A stretch of DNA of 64,000 bases, taken from the NCBI GenBank assembly GCA_050575255.1, contig JBNZDD010013398.1, positions 287,360 through 351,359 on the forward strand, read 5' to 3'. Positions 12,564 through 26,448 of this stretch are shown piece by piece. Every line of letters begins with the position of its first letter. The stretch's first letter is position 1. The notes below the pieces were generated by a model. That model was not told the origin of the DNA. It worked only from the letters and a program-made list of their open reading frames with translations, and searched no databases. The translations under genes and the position numbers were made by a program. The DNA comes from Harriotta raleighana. Lineage: Eukaryota.

Positions 12564-15008
12564 ATGCAAGCGTGGCCGTTGGTTTTCCTTCTTTGTATCT
12601 GGGAGAATGTCTCTGGACAGATCCGCTTTTCGATTGCTGAAGAACTGGAATACGGCTCCTTGGTTGGGAATGTCGCTGAAGGTTTGGGGTTAGACGTAAG
12701 GCACCTGGCGAGTCGTACGCTCCGCGTTATGTCTGAGGCGAGGGAACGGTATTTCGATGTCAACTTGGAAACCGGCGATTTGTTTGTGAGTACTAAAATA
12801 GACAGGGAGAAGCTGTGCGGGCAAAGCGCCAAATGTTTCCTCAATAATGAAATCGTGGTCGAAAACCCCCTCACCCTATACAGCGCGGAGGTAGAGATAT
12901 TGGATATCAATGACAATGCCCCCAGTTTCCCTAACGGAGAACTCAAATTGGAGATAGTGGAATCGGTTCCTCCGGGAACTCGTTTCTTGTTGCCCAGCGC
13001 TTACGACCCAGACGTGGGAGCGAATTCCATCAGGACTTACCACCTCAGTCCGAATGAGTACTTCTCGCTGGAAGTTCAGAACAGCAGTGACGGCGGGATA
13101 GTGGCGGAGCTGCTGCTAAAGAAGTCTTTGGACAGAGAAGAGGTTGGGACGCATCGATTGCGCCTGACAGCCGTTGATGGCGGGATTCCGGAGCGGTCTG
13201 GCACGGCTCAGTTTGTGATTACCGTGCTCGACGTTGACGACAACTGGCCAGTGTTCGCTCAGAACGTTTATCGGGTCAGTCTGATGGAAAACGCGCCAAT
13301 GGGGGCTTTGGTCATCAAACTCAACGCCACCGATTTGGACGAAGGTCCCAATGCGGATATCACGTATTCCTTCAGCGACCGCACCCCCCACAGTGTGCGT
13401 GACCTATTCAGCCTGGGACCCAAAACGGGGGAGATGAGGGTCAGAGGCGTGTTGGATTTCGAAGAGAACAATCTTTACGCGATCAACGTCGCGGCCAAAG
13501 ACAGCCTCCACTTTGCGGTGTGTAAAGTGGTGGTGGAGATACGTGATGTGAATGACAACCCACCCGAGGTGACGCTGATATCGGTGTCCAGCCCTATCCC
13601 GGAGGATGCACAGATCGGCACCATGGTCGCTCTGATTCGCGTAACCGACCGGGATTCGGGCCTGAACGGCCATGCCGAGTGCCACGCCCCACACCATGTG
13701 CCATTTGAACTCAAGGCCTCCCTGAAGAACACTTACACCCTGGCCACCAACCGTGCCCTGGACCGGGAAACAGAGCCCCAGTACAACATTCAGATCATCT
13801 GTCGAGATGAAGGGACCCCGCCACTCTCCAGCAACAAAACCATTCTGGTCGAGGTATCCGACGTCAATGACAACGCGCCACGTTTTGCCCAGGCTTCCTA
13901 CACCGTATATGTGCAGGAGAACAGTCCACCAGGAACTTCCATGGGTTCTGTCTCTGCCCTGGACCCGGATCAGGACCAGAACTCCCACTTGTCATATTCC
14001 GTCCTGACCACCCAGGTTAATGACCTGCCTGCAGCAGCCTATGTCTCCATCAGCTCAGCCAATGGTATTCTCTATTCCCAACGCTCGTTTGACTATGAGC
14101 AATTCAAGAACTTTCAGATCCTGGTCCAAGTTCAAGATGCTGGAATGCCTCCACGTGACAGCAACATGACCCTGAATGTAGTAGTTCTAGATCAGAACGA
14201 TAACGCACCTGTCATCATTTCTCCATTGACAACCAATGGCTCCAAAATAGTCCTACCTCAATCTGCAGACCCAGGTCACTTGGTGACCAAAGTGGTGGCC
14301 ACTGATGCCGATTCTGGCCAGAATGCACGGCTATTCTTTCAGCTCCTCCAGGCGACTGATCCGAGCCTGTTCACCATAACCCACAATTCCGGGGAAATCC
14401 GGAGCACTCGTCGCTTTTCAGAGAACGACGACACCATTCAAAAGCTTCTTGTCCAAGTGAAAGACAATGGGCATCCACCTCTCTCTGCGACTGTCACCAT
14501 TATTGTGTCAGTGACAGATGCTGCCGGAAAAACTCTTTTGGATGAAACTGACCAAACCAGCGACTTGGGGAAAGCTTCCAATTTGGCATTTTATTTAATA
14601 GTCACGTTAGCCTCAACCTCTTCCATTCTCCTGGTGATTCTCATTGTCCTTATTGTCACCATGTGCCACTGTGACAGCAATTGGTCTGAGTGTTGCAGTT
14701 CTGCCCCCTCATGTTGCGGTCTCAGTTGCTGGAATTCCAGTGATCCATTCCCAAATTCTCACTTGTACCTTCAGACAGTGCCAGACTACAAAGGAACCCC
14801 ACAGTTTGTTGAGTTGGTTGGGAATGGCTCCCTCTCCAGAACATATACTTATAAAGTTCGGTCTGATCCCTTATCACGTAAGGGAGATTTTGTCTTTTTA
14901 GCACCGTACAGTACAGATACCCTACAAAATGACCCTGCAAATACAGAAACGCTTCTTGCAGAATGGAGAGGGGAGATGGCAAATAAATGGACTAATGTAC
15001 CCAGTGAG
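12564..15008 (+). CDS. Clustered protocadherin variable exon V3 (815 codons), last variable exon before the constant region
   Basis: ORF 12564-15038 with six cadherin repeats and TM; phase-0 donor GAG|GTGAGT at 15008/15009. Confidence 0.95.
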
Positions 15009-15416
15009 GTGAGTGGTACAAACTTAAGAGCTGAATAGCTAAATTTCTCTCAAGGAATGTGAGAAAGGTGGTAAGTGGTGAGAGCTTGATACATCATGTT
15101 ATCTCATAAGTTTATCAATGTATCTGCTACATCTATTAAGTTTCTAATTAATGTGAGTCTATGAATGTCAATCAGTGATGGATACTTTTAAGGATTAGGT
15201 CAACAGGAAGGTTCATATCTGTTATATATGTAATGCTAATATCTGTTCATTTAGCAAAACTCACCGAGTGCGAAAATGTGAGTTTGTTAGTCAAGAATAA
15301 TATTTTGTTGCGTGGAATATACAATGCTTCCTTTCAGTGCGAGTTCCTTTAATGTTCTTTATTGTCTGATGGTTTGTTGATTTTTTTTTACAGTTTATAC
15401 ATATGTATATTTACAG

Positions 15417-15475
15417 GTAGGACAATTGAACACAGACTGGCGTTCTTCAGAACCATACATAGCGTCAAAGATCAG
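15417..15475 (+). CDS. Protocadherin constant exon 1 (59 bp): VGQLNTDWRSSEPYIASKI(S)
   Basis: Acceptor TTTACAG| and donor AG|GTATTG; 59 bp, phase 0 to 2, the same size and phase as alpha/gamma constant exon 1; contains the N-x-D-W-R motif. Too short for the ORF track. Confidence 0.9.
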
Positions 15476-15905
15476 GTATTGTATTTCATCTTTGTTTTGT
15501 TCAGTTTGGGCACCTACTGATGGCCTAGACTTTCCTGGATATAAAGCTGATTGAAATCTAGTGGCCTCTGTTGGAAAGGATCATGTTGGGCATTGGATAA
15601 CTGGGTTGTGTTGCTCTTGTAAGAACCTCAAAGATCACATTATCTGACAACACCTCATTTTCAGTTTCACAAAGTAATCCAGTAACAGATGCAGGTCATT
15701 CATCTTGATTAGCCCTATCTACCATCTAGCCCTATCTTGGCTATTTGATTGGGATATTGTTTAATTTTTAATTGTTTCATGATTTAAGGAATGGATCGAA
15801 GGAGAGATGATTGCAAAATAAAACTTCAAAATTTACATGTCAATTTTCTCATATTATTTCTGATTATAAATAATTTCAAACATTGTTTTGCTTTGTTTTT
15901 CCCAG

Positions 15906-15991
15906 CTCCCAGTACTTGGAAGAAAACCTAGCCCAGGATGAAATTAAACGAGAATTCAACAGGCGACACACAGCTATCACTTCAGCAGCAG
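15906..15991 (+). CDS. Protocadherin constant exon 2 (86 bp): (S)SQYLEENLAQDEIKREFNRRHTAITSAA
   Basis: Strong polypyrimidine acceptor TTTGTTTTTCCCAG| and donor G|GTGAGT; phase 2 to 1, in frame with exons 1 and 3. Mammalian alpha/gamma exon 2 is 89 bp. Confidence 0.9.
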
Positions 15992-18900
15992 GTGAGTGTG
16001 AGAAACAAGGAGGAAACTATTCATATATTCTATATGAGACAAGTGTTCATCATTTCACCATGTAAATTCAAGTTGTCTAACTCTTTGTATGTGTATAGAT
16101 TCATGTGTGTATGTTTAGAATTATTCAGCCCTAAAATTGATCAGTTGCTTTCCAGCATTACTAACCGTGTTTGATACTATAAAATCTGTATATGAAGTAA
16201 CCTGATAAATCAAAGGGTTCTGAGAAATAATAATTAAACAAAATGGCAATAAATGTCATTATCAGATACAGACGCAAACAATTATGAAACAGCGAAAAGT
16301 ATTAACTTTTTTATAACATTCAAAAATACATACATGTACATTAAAAAATAATGCAGAAGTTATTTCAGACATAATAACTGTCTGTTTTTGCTGCAGGAAA
16401 GCTTCTGGTCTCATCAGCACAATAGAATTTAGTTTAAAGGTACCATGGTTTGATATCTTGGATGTTTACTGCTCATATGCCACTCAATCTAAAACGTACA
16501 TGAAGAAAATATAAACCTCACACAAGATTATGTGTACTCTCAAAAGATAATTCCAGATGCCTTGCAAATTTCCTGAAAGCAGGGATTTTGTTTCTATTGT
16601 GCCAGACTTGAAATTTCACTATCTACAGTGAAAATATGTTTTACAATATGTGTTCATACATTTAAAATGAATGTGTCTTTATTTGTTTCGTCTGATTTGA
16701 GAAAAATACAAACAGTAAGTTTATTTGCAACAAAATGTACTTCATGGCATAGTGCCTGGAGCTATTTATATATTTAACTGGTTATTGTTAAGAAGATTAT
16801 GTGGTATTTGCAATTATTTACAGGAAATATAAACTCCCACCTTAAACTGTCAAACTATTTACTTTACGTGCGGTTAACCTTTTGGAGGATAGATATACTT
16901 TCTTCTATTCATTCCGTTTGAACTTTCATGTCATATTGATATTAGAGTTACATAAGAAAAACTATAAATCCACAGTGAAATCCGTTGACGCTGAATTTTG
17001 AATATTTCTGAAATCAGCAATGTATGAAATGTCAACTGGATATTTAATTTATATTGATTGCTCCCTAATTTTCAATAATGGAGAATATTATCATCATCAG
17101 TCTTACTTTGGTGCTGAGCAGTATCTAGATGGATGGACAGGGACATGTAAAAATGAAGTGAAGCCAGAAGAATCGCCCATTAAAGCAGAAAAAAACTGTT
17201 ATTTAATGCAGTGTTGCATTTAAATATGTACTTGTCACCCTTCCTGGAAGACAAAATGTAAGTTTCACCCTTCGTATTGTCAAGGGAATTGAATGGAAAT
17301 ATTTAATCATTATTACAGAGTATAATTAATATGAAAGACAGCAAATATCCTTCGGCATTTAACCTTGAGCAGAGTGCTGGACAAAAGTTCTGAACCTTCC
17401 CATTAAAATAGCCATAGCTGGTTTCTTTGGAAAAATATGGAGGTTAGAGCTTAACTATTATCAGATCTTATGTCTAAATTGTACTGGAAGCATAAATTTA
17501 GTGTTAATACCTGTGTTAAAGATTTTAAAACTGACTGTATAGAGCTCCATGGTTTTAGATTAATGTGAAGCATAGTTCTATTAATTGATGCATAAATTCT
17601 ATGGAAATGTGGAACATTAACAAAAAGATGATTGCCTCATTGACATTGGTAATGTACAAATGAGTTGTGAAGTTGCTCAAATTCAGTTTGCATTTAGATT
17701 TTGGATTTTAAAGGACAATTATAACACAGCTTCCGCACTGATGTGATGTGAATTTGACTGCAGATGAACATAGAAATTGCAATGCAACTATTTATTGATG
17801 ATATTTCCAAGGTTGCAGAGTACAAAATTTGAATATTGTAAATTTACTTTATGGGGTGAAAATGAAAGATTTTATTCCATGCTTACATAAAAAGTATTAC
17901 CTTTTGATTGTAAGAAATTGTTTTCAAAACAGAAAGTGCCTATGTTATGCCTAATAATTAAAAAATAATAATGTGACTCCCAAGCACACAGCATTGATAA
18001 ATAATTTAGATAAAAGCCCCTCAAAAATCTTGATTGATGAGCATTCCGAGATTGAATGACTTGTCTCACAGGAATTGAATGCTGTTCTTTAGGTCCAAAC
18101 TCAGTCTAGACTTGTGGGATGAAAGATGCCTTTCTTTTGGCCAAATAGTTCTTAAGTGACATGAATTTTATCAGTCTCAGTCAGTTCTTTAGCCATTGTG
18201 AGGTCAGGGTATGAAATCTGCCTGGAATTGTGCATTATTAGATATTAAATTCAGTTTCTCTCTGAGGATTGTTGACTTCAGACACATTTTATGCAATACA
18301 AAATTGAACTCCATGCCAAGGGAATTGTGAATTGGTGGATGGAAGAAACTTTACATTTCATGTATGTATATTGTCTCTGGGTTGACGTGTTTGGCATTGA
18401 GAGGACTGTGTTAAATTTTCCTGCCTCAGTGAGTCTATAAAGGGGGAAATCCCACATTAGAAATGCACAAATAACAAATAAAATTTCAGCACAGTGTTGA
18501 AATGGGCAGAAAGGTTTGATTCTTCATTTGATTAATGTTCACCCAAACATTTGCATGGGACTTTCACTTCTAAATGTTATTTCTGTAAGCAGGCATTGCA
18601 AATATTAAATTCATTCTGAATAAAACTCAAACAGCTAGTGCCTGGCAAGTGATAGGGACAATGATTTGTTAACAAGGGTATATTGTGAATATCAGCATGA
18701 GTACTGCCTTGAAGTCAATGAAGTAACCATTAATGTCAGTATTGATGGGTTGTGACATGTGCATCCCTTTAGCCATTCTGTATTTGTGAGTCCTGGTATT
18801 GAGCTGACTGCACAAGATAATGAAGTGCAATAATATGTTTGATAACATGACCCACAAGCATTTGCTTGGAAAACAAATGAAAACTTTCAGAACCATATGA

Positions 18901-19834
18901 GCCAAATGTACCGTGCGTAGCAACAGAGTGGTTTTACTCCTAATAGTAACCGAAACTACGAATGAATAACAGTAAAACTCCAATATGGGTCTTAACCCTT
19001 TGTAGTCTGTATATTCCTGTGTCATACGATATACTCAATCAACCGTTTCATTGTGTTATTTCCAAATCATAGGCCATTACTATCAAGTGGTACAAATTCC
19101 TGTGAGGATTCTCAACACCCTCCGAACACCACTGTGTGCTGGATTGAGAGACAATTGGCATTATTACAAATTCTCTGTAGAATTTCAGATAACCTATAAA
19201 TCAGTAAGAGCAGATGTTCCTATTTTCTTTTTATAATTTAATGTTGAAGTTTTTGTTTTTGTTTGTTTGGTGAGATATGATATCTCAATACATTTCCTTT
19301 GGAATAATAATAATCTTTGCATTTTTATAGCGCCTTATCAGGTCTGTGATACAACTCAAATAGCTTCAGAATATAGTGTAAAGTGAAATGACTGTATATT
19401 TTGTGGAAGTACTGAAAATACAAGAAACAAAGATAAAATATGAGGCTGTTACAGTAGATAGAGTTACATTTGTATCGCTTCATGAGAAATGAACTGCTGT
19501 TGTTCTCCATTCAGAAGCTCTGTCTAATGTGACACATCAAATTAGTTGTGCTGCAGATGCCTTTTCCTGTAGTAAAACTGGATGAGGCACTGGGAGCTAA
19601 TGATAATGACTGTGGAAACATACCACTGCATGATTCATCCGCTTCAAAAAAGAAAGTTGGGGGGAAAGAAAGAATGTTGGATAGAAATGCAAATGAGGAA
19701 ATTGTAGCACAAAGCAGAAAGAAACACTGACCAGAATATAGTTGAAACAAAGCCAGTTGTTTTCAAATCACAAAGAATGTAACAAAATGATTTGTAAATA
19801 GCTTAGGAGGGCAGGAATCAAAATAAAAGTGTAA

Positions 19835-20070
19835 GAGTATAAAAGTATAAGAATTTGCTATGCGAAAGAAGACCAAGGTCGATCCAGTTCGCCATCCAGC
19901 ATCCTGGCAGCCGTTTGACACGGAGTGTTCCCAAACTACAGCTGCAGAGAGATTATTTTTTTCAAGCAGAAATCTATCTGATTTGTTCTTGAAACAAACA
20001 GCACTTTCTGCTTCCACCATCTCCCTGGGGAGTCTATTGTATAAGTTTACTATCCGCTCACATAATTCCA
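19835..20070 (-). mobile_element. CR1-clade LINE 3' fragment
   Basis: Minus-strand ERIVNLYNRLPREMVEAESAVCFKNKSDRFL resembles the CR1 ORF2 C-terminus (RVVNxWNxLPxxVVEA..FK.xLD.FL). Confidence 0.7.
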
Positions 20071-20689
20071 TAATATTCCATAAGGTAATATCTCAAATAC
20101 TAAAGGTAGATACCATAGCAACAGCATGCTCACTCTACAAATTCAAACTACTGAGATGTAGGCTTTACTATCTCTGCATTGTGCTATTAATATAAATGCA
20201 CCATACCCTGCTGGTTTAATGGTAGGACAGTATGAGCAGTGAAAGTAACATTTCAAGGCAGTTGATGCATTTTGATCTTATTATCAACAGTTCTTCTGCA
20301 ATCACAAAGGCATCAGCAATTATAAGGAATGATGATAATTGACAGGCACTGTTTTATTAAAGCTTGGTTACTGTTAATCATTCCATGAAATAGGAATTTT
20401 GCATTAGAATATTTATTCAGGGTAACTAATCACCCTGAGTGTTTATAAGTTTCACAAGTCTAGTATTGTATTGCCAACATCATTGCATGTATTAAATTAC
20501 CAGGCATTTAGAGTCAATGAGCAGAGGGAATTGTTGTGATTTCATTAAATTGTAAGGTATCTCAATGGTTCTTTGATGAGAACATTTTGCTTTTGTCTAG
20601 AACATCTGATTGTGTAATTTTTTTAAATTACATTTTTAATGCATCATGGTATTTTTGTTACTTTTTCTCTCTTCAATTTTCTTTCCTCC

Positions 20690-20930
20690 TTAGCTGAAGG
20701 ATCTCAGCTGAGATGTTAGTCAGTTGCCTAAATGTCCTTGAGCTGGGGGAAAGGGTAAAATTGACAGGGATTCGACTAATCCATCTTTGTGGTACTTGTA
20801 TGGACCTGAAACACAGATAGTGTCAGGTGCCATCCTTTAGTTTTGTGATGGTTGAAGGTCAAATATTCATTAATTTACACAGTCTAGGTTCACACCTTAG
20901 AATGACAATGGACAGCCATTAGCACTTATA
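20690..20930 (+). mobile_element. Fragment of an old interspersed SINE-like repeat
   Basis: CACAGTCTAGGTTCACAC motif shared with the 8.8, 35.6 and 37.0 kb copies. Confidence 0.35.
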
Positions 20931-21299
20931 TCTATATCCTAATATTTGTCATTGCAATATGGAAAGGCAGTTAAAAGAAACATTGAGTGAAAGAACAAGA
21001 ATAGTGTATCATTGGGGTTTTGAGCACAGTTTCCCATGTCAGTGAAAGCACTATTGGCAAATGGTTAATAGTTCCATTTAAATAATTTGGTATTTAGTAT
21101 TTAGTATTCACCAGTTTCCACAGTGATGAATGATTAAATCCATTTATTAGCAGCTTAAATGAGTGTCACAATATGGTCAAACAAATTGAAAAATGATCAG
21201 TACATATCCACAGATATTCTGTAATTTACAACAAAGAAGACATCTTCACTGCCGATTTAAATTCCAGTCCATCTCTATATTTACAACAACAACAAAATT

Positions 21300-22505
21300 A
21301 TAGTTGAGGACCAGGATCTTGAATTGGATCCTCTGGATGATGGATAATGGATGTGGAGCTCCTGTGGCTCAGTGGTTAGAGTACTCGCCTTACAAGTGTG
21401 AGACCAGTGTTTGAATCCAGGCAGATCAGGGTAAAACCTTGGGCAAGTTTCCTTACGTCACATGCCTAATAATAATCCCTGCAAAAAAAAACACAATAAT
21501 ATAATTGATCATTTCAATCCACGATTGTTTGTGGGACACTGCTGTGCGCAATTGGCTGCCACTTTCTACCCACAAATATGCAGTCAATTCACTTTACAGT
21601 ATATTCTGTGAAGCGCTTTGGGATGTCATTAAGATTTGAAAAGCGCTATATCAAATGCAAGGATGATTATTATTATTATTATTATGATGGGCAGCCACTG
21701 GAGTCGGGCAAGGATGGGGAAGATGGGTCATGGAGATTGAAACGTTAGAGGACCCAGGCCACAGAGTTCTGGAGCATCTGCAACCCATGGAGGGAGGAAT
21801 TGGGAAGGTCGACAAGCAGGGCATTTGCATAGTCGAGTCGGGATGTAATGAAGGCATGAATGAGGCTTTGGAAGTGAGGGAGTGGCAGAGTCAGGAAATA
21901 TTGCGAAGATGAGGAAAGGCTGAGCGATGGATGTGAGGGAGGAAAGATAGTTAAGGGTTGAACAAGATACCTAAGTTCTTGACTGGCTTGGTGAGGTCGA
22001 CGGAGCAACCATGGAGGTTGATGCTGCCAGCGCCTGATGTGTGAAGGTGCTGGTCCCAAGGCCCTCGGTATTGTTGACATTCAGCTGAAGAAAGTTAGCT
22101 CTCATCCACGACTTGATGTCTGACAGGCAATCTGTTAGGACAGCAGTGATCCTGGACTCGAGGGTAGAGGCAAAAAGGTAGAGTTGGGTGTCATCTGCAT
22201 ATTTGTGGAAGTTGACTCCATGTCTGTGGATGATGTCACCAAGGGAAGGAGCACATAGATATTGAAAAGTAACAAGCCAAGGACAGAGCCCTGAGAGATG
22301 CCATAGGTGGCAGTGCAGGGACTGGAGGAGAAGCCATTGGTGGCAACAAAGTGTAAACGGTGAGAGAGATAAGAGTCAAATCAGGCAAGGGCGGATCTAT
22401 GAAGATTGAGCTGAGAGAGGCGGTGTAGGAGTGTAGGAGGATGAAGTGGTCAACAGTATCGAAGGTAGCAAAGAAGTCAAGGAGGACATGGAGCCAGAGA
22501 ATGCC
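21300..22505 (-). mobile_element. L2-clade LINE reverse-transcriptase fragment, interrupted by a SINE
   Basis: Minus-strand motifs LLDFFATFDTVDHFILL, FHKYADDTQLY, IHAFITSRLDYANALL, LQWLP and IQRIQFKILVL in the expected order, with frameshifts. Confidence 0.85.
21344..21683 (+). mobile_element. tRNA-derived SINE, near full length
   Basis: tRNA-like head (TGGCTCAGTGG A box, GTTTGAATCC B-box-like), body shared with 26449-26771, and AAATGCAAGG(ATT)n tail. Confidence 0.85.
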
Positions 22506-23029
22506 CTCTGTTTTCATTGGCATAAATAATGACATTGTTATTCCAGACAGACTTGGTAATATTCAAAATATTTGCAGCAGGGTTGGAATTATTCATTAGA
22601 ACGGAACCGAGCATAAAACTAGAATGATTTTTGTTACCAGTGGTGCTGTACTCCCTTTCCCACAGAATACATTGTTTCATAAGCCAAGGCAATCAATGTA
22701 ATTTATTTTGTGCCCTGAAGTAAAACTGGTGTCCCATCTGACACTTCACTTGAAAGTTGCAACTTCAGATTAGTTACGAATTTGCTGCTGGCTTACAGTA
22801 AAATGAATTGGTATGTGTTGCAGTGCTATTTATTAAAAATTATTGAACCTTCACTGCAAAAAAAATCTGCATTGCTGAAGTCAGCTGTAAATCAATCGAT
22901 TTTTCACCAGACTGGTGAAATGAGCTGTCAGAAATGGAAACACAATGTACGCCCTGGGTTGTCAGCTCAAAAACACTCGTGCATTAATTGAACCATGGCT
23001 GAGAGGGTCAACATTACGACCAAATTTAA

Positions 23030-23450
23030 TTGGGTTGTCGCCCTCATCTTCAAAGCCCTCCACTGCCTTGCTCCTTCCTACCTATGTGGCTTGCTAACTC
23101 TATATTGACGTGTGCAATCTCTCTACTCAGCAGGATTTATCCTGCTCCCTGTCTACCATCAGTCTGCCGGAACATCAGCGGTTCGGCCTTTATCCTTTAT
23201 CTCCACCCTATTTGGAACTCCATTCTGAAGTTCATTTGCCTCACTCTGTCCCTTGATTCCTTCAGGGAACATCTCAAGACCTTTCTCTCCAACTGAACTT
23301 TCGATCACCCTCATACCTCTATCCTTCCTGCCCTCCCCTCATTCTGTTCCCAATCGCCTGCGTGGGACCGAATCCCTGGCAGACCAGCACCTTGGAACAT
23401 CTTCCTGACATGAAAGGCACTGTGTAAATGTCATTTCTTATTGTTATTAT
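23030..23450 (+). mobile_element. L2-clade LINE 3' end
   Basis: FKALHCLAPSYL-like coding remnant, then ...LKTFL and a TTATTGTTATTATT tail. Confidence 0.65.
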
Positions 23451-26448
23451 TGGTAGTTCAGATATTCCTGCTCCTCAGAAATGAATGTAATTTTTGTTGT
23501 ATTCATCTGCCTCTGAAGTGCTAGAAACTCATCACTTGTCGGTCTCCAAGTGAAAGTAACAGTCGTGATCAAGCATCAAACCTTTCTCTAGGCTTTGGAC
23601 AAAAAGAGTATTACCCTGATAGGATCTGACTTCCTTTTTTTTTCTAGAATTGATGTCTGAATACACTAACCTATATTTTCAGCTTTTTGAATGTAGGTGA
23701 CATGATAATGGTAAATAAACCCATGTTGAAGGCAGACACCTCAAATCTTTATTTAGGATCATGGTATGATACAAAAAGTAAGGATTTTTGCTAAGATATG
23801 ACAACAAATTTGACTGCACAAGCAATGATATTTGTGTATGTTACTTGACAGTAGATTGCTACTCGCAATAGAAGTGAATTTTTCTCTGACCAAAGATTAT
23901 TATTGTTTGTAGTGAACATGCATACTTATAAATGTGGAGCCAGTGTGAAAAATCTTCACAGCGGCATGAATGTCACTTGCAAGTTGCTGCTAATTTGTGG
24001 CAGTGTTATAAAGTTAGCCTCAAATTGATTAAGACTGTTTAAATCTAGTTTTCATGTAGAACCAGTAAATGATTGTGTTGAATGAGTTTTTTTCCTCCAC
24101 AGTGGACAATTACACTGAAGCAGGGTGCACCTAATTGCTGTAATTACATTTCATGGATATTTAACATTTAAATTAAAATCTGACTATATTTGGAGAAGAA
24201 ATATTCATGTGGTTATGGTTGTTTTTCTCGCTTCACTGAATACCACCGTGTGTTAGTATATTTGGATAATATTAATTCAGTTGAAAGTAGTAATGTGAAC
24301 CACATGCATATTTCATATATAACATCATCAATTATGAATAATCATAATCAAAAAAATTTCAAAGTTTAAAATGTGTGTACATGATTTGAAATGGTTTAGA
24401 AGATCTGCTTTGTATATATAATAATTTTTTGTAGGTTATTTTAAAGCCCCCTATTTAATGATCAATTCTGGTTTCTCATAGGAGCTGTGAGAGAAATATT
24501 CCGCAAAAAAGGATTAAAAGATTAAATACCTCCAACGGAATATAGCAAACTGTAGCAGAGGTTTAGTATTGGACAACATTAACAAAGATTAGTCAGGCAG
24601 GAAAATGAATGAATGTTTATCTGAGGGAAAGGGGCATTATTTAATCTAGATTGATGCCCATTTTGTAAAATTCTGTATTTGTTATGTAGTACGGCACACT
24701 GTACCTGGTTATAATGCGACTCAATGTTCATTTGAACAACTGTGAACAGAACTGAGCTAATTATGCCAGTTTGTATTGTATTTCCTTCCAGAGTGCTATC
24801 TCACACACTCTCAGCTCTGTTTCCAAATGCCATTGGAGAACTCAAGTCTTGGATGAATTTTGGATTCACAGAGAAAAATATTTTTCATAGGTGTAATGAG
24901 AGAAGTTATAGCACATGCAGTATCCATTATACCTATTAAGCCCTTGCTGTTGCTCACTCTTCCACTCAAGCTTTCTGCTCTTTTGATGGTAAGGAAAGAA
25001 AAACATATCCACAAAAGTAAAGATTTTACAAATTTTCACAAGCATTTCAACCTGAGGAAACCATCAGTAAAATTGGTAATCAGTTGTCTGAATGCAAATC
25101 TTCCTCCTTTAGGCAGTGAGCAGAGGGCGTGTGACGTATGGTAGACAGTGGTAATGTCATTTTTTTTGCCTTTGATTCTATCTCTCTGGAACATTCTATC
25201 CTTTTAAAGTTAGCCAAATGATATTATGACTTTCAGTTCTCTACCCAAACTGAATTCATCTTGGCTGCTCTACTAGTGACAATCAAATGGCAGGATGAGT
25301 ATTTTTTGTTGACATCAGACTGATTTGAAAATTTGACCGACAAGCAGGGCTTGTGGCAATGGATGAGTGGCTTGTGGGTCACAGCCATCACGGTGGGCAA
25401 TTGGCCGACACCATCTTCCAAAGTGGAAAATGCTGAACAATTAATGCATTTGTACATTGCCTTTCACATCTTGGAACCAGAACGTTCCAAGGTTCTGATG
25501 ACTGCCATAGTTAAATAGCTGGGATGAGGGAGGTGGATAGAGAATTTTACCTTCAACACCCACATGAAGTCTATTCCATACCCGTAAATATGGAATGAAT
25601 TATCCTCAGTATTGCTAATATGACTCCCAAGCTTTACAGGAGGGAACATTGGAATGTAGAAACAAGAATAGCCATTCACTCCCTCATGCCTGTTTCACCA
25701 TTTCTATAGGATCATGGCAGATCTTGTCAGGAGGATAGGAAGGAAAACAGTTTAGATTTAATTAGTGTGTAGTGCATGGTGACTGTTGTTTAAAATAATT
25801 AAAGGTGGATTTGGACAGCTATTTAGAGGAGTGAGAAGTGTGAGGAATAGAGTGTTGGTGTGTGATATATTATTGTTCTGGACTGGCCTAATGGGCTAGA
25901 TTGTGTGGGTTGAGATATCTTAAGATCTAGGTAAGAAATTGGATAGTTAAGGAAATGCAGCCTTATATTGCGTCGTGCCTTCAAGAGAGGAGAAATTAGG
26001 GGTGAAGAAGTAGCTTTAATAATGTACTCTCTTTGAGAATCATATAAAACAACCTCTTTATAAAGAGAAATTCAAACAAGTTATGTCAGGTGCATTCCTC
26101 ATCATTCCAAATGGTCACTAAGTTATGCAGTTCCAAATCAGCCAGTGATTAATTTTCCATTAAGCTGCCAAGAATCATTGCATCTGTTATTCATCCACTC
26201 CTTTAGGTTGTAAAATATATTTGCACAATGTGGAATACAGTAAGATATATTATTCTTGGTGAGGTGCCTTGCTATTAAGGCAGATTACTTTCAGTGCTGT
26301 TTTTGTGGCTAACACTGAGCTGCTTGCTGCTTGTGTGTTGCTATGGTGATGAGGAAAAAGACTTGTGCGGTTGCAAAGAATACTTACACTGTGTGCTGTG
26401 TGGGAAACCAAAATGCTGTCTGTCTTCTGTTTTGCAGTGTTAATAAGT

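Noticed and set aside
21356-21425. tRNA-like sequence (also 26449-26515)
   Set aside because: These are SINE heads, followed by a shared body and (ATT)n tail; the cloverleaf is degenerate.
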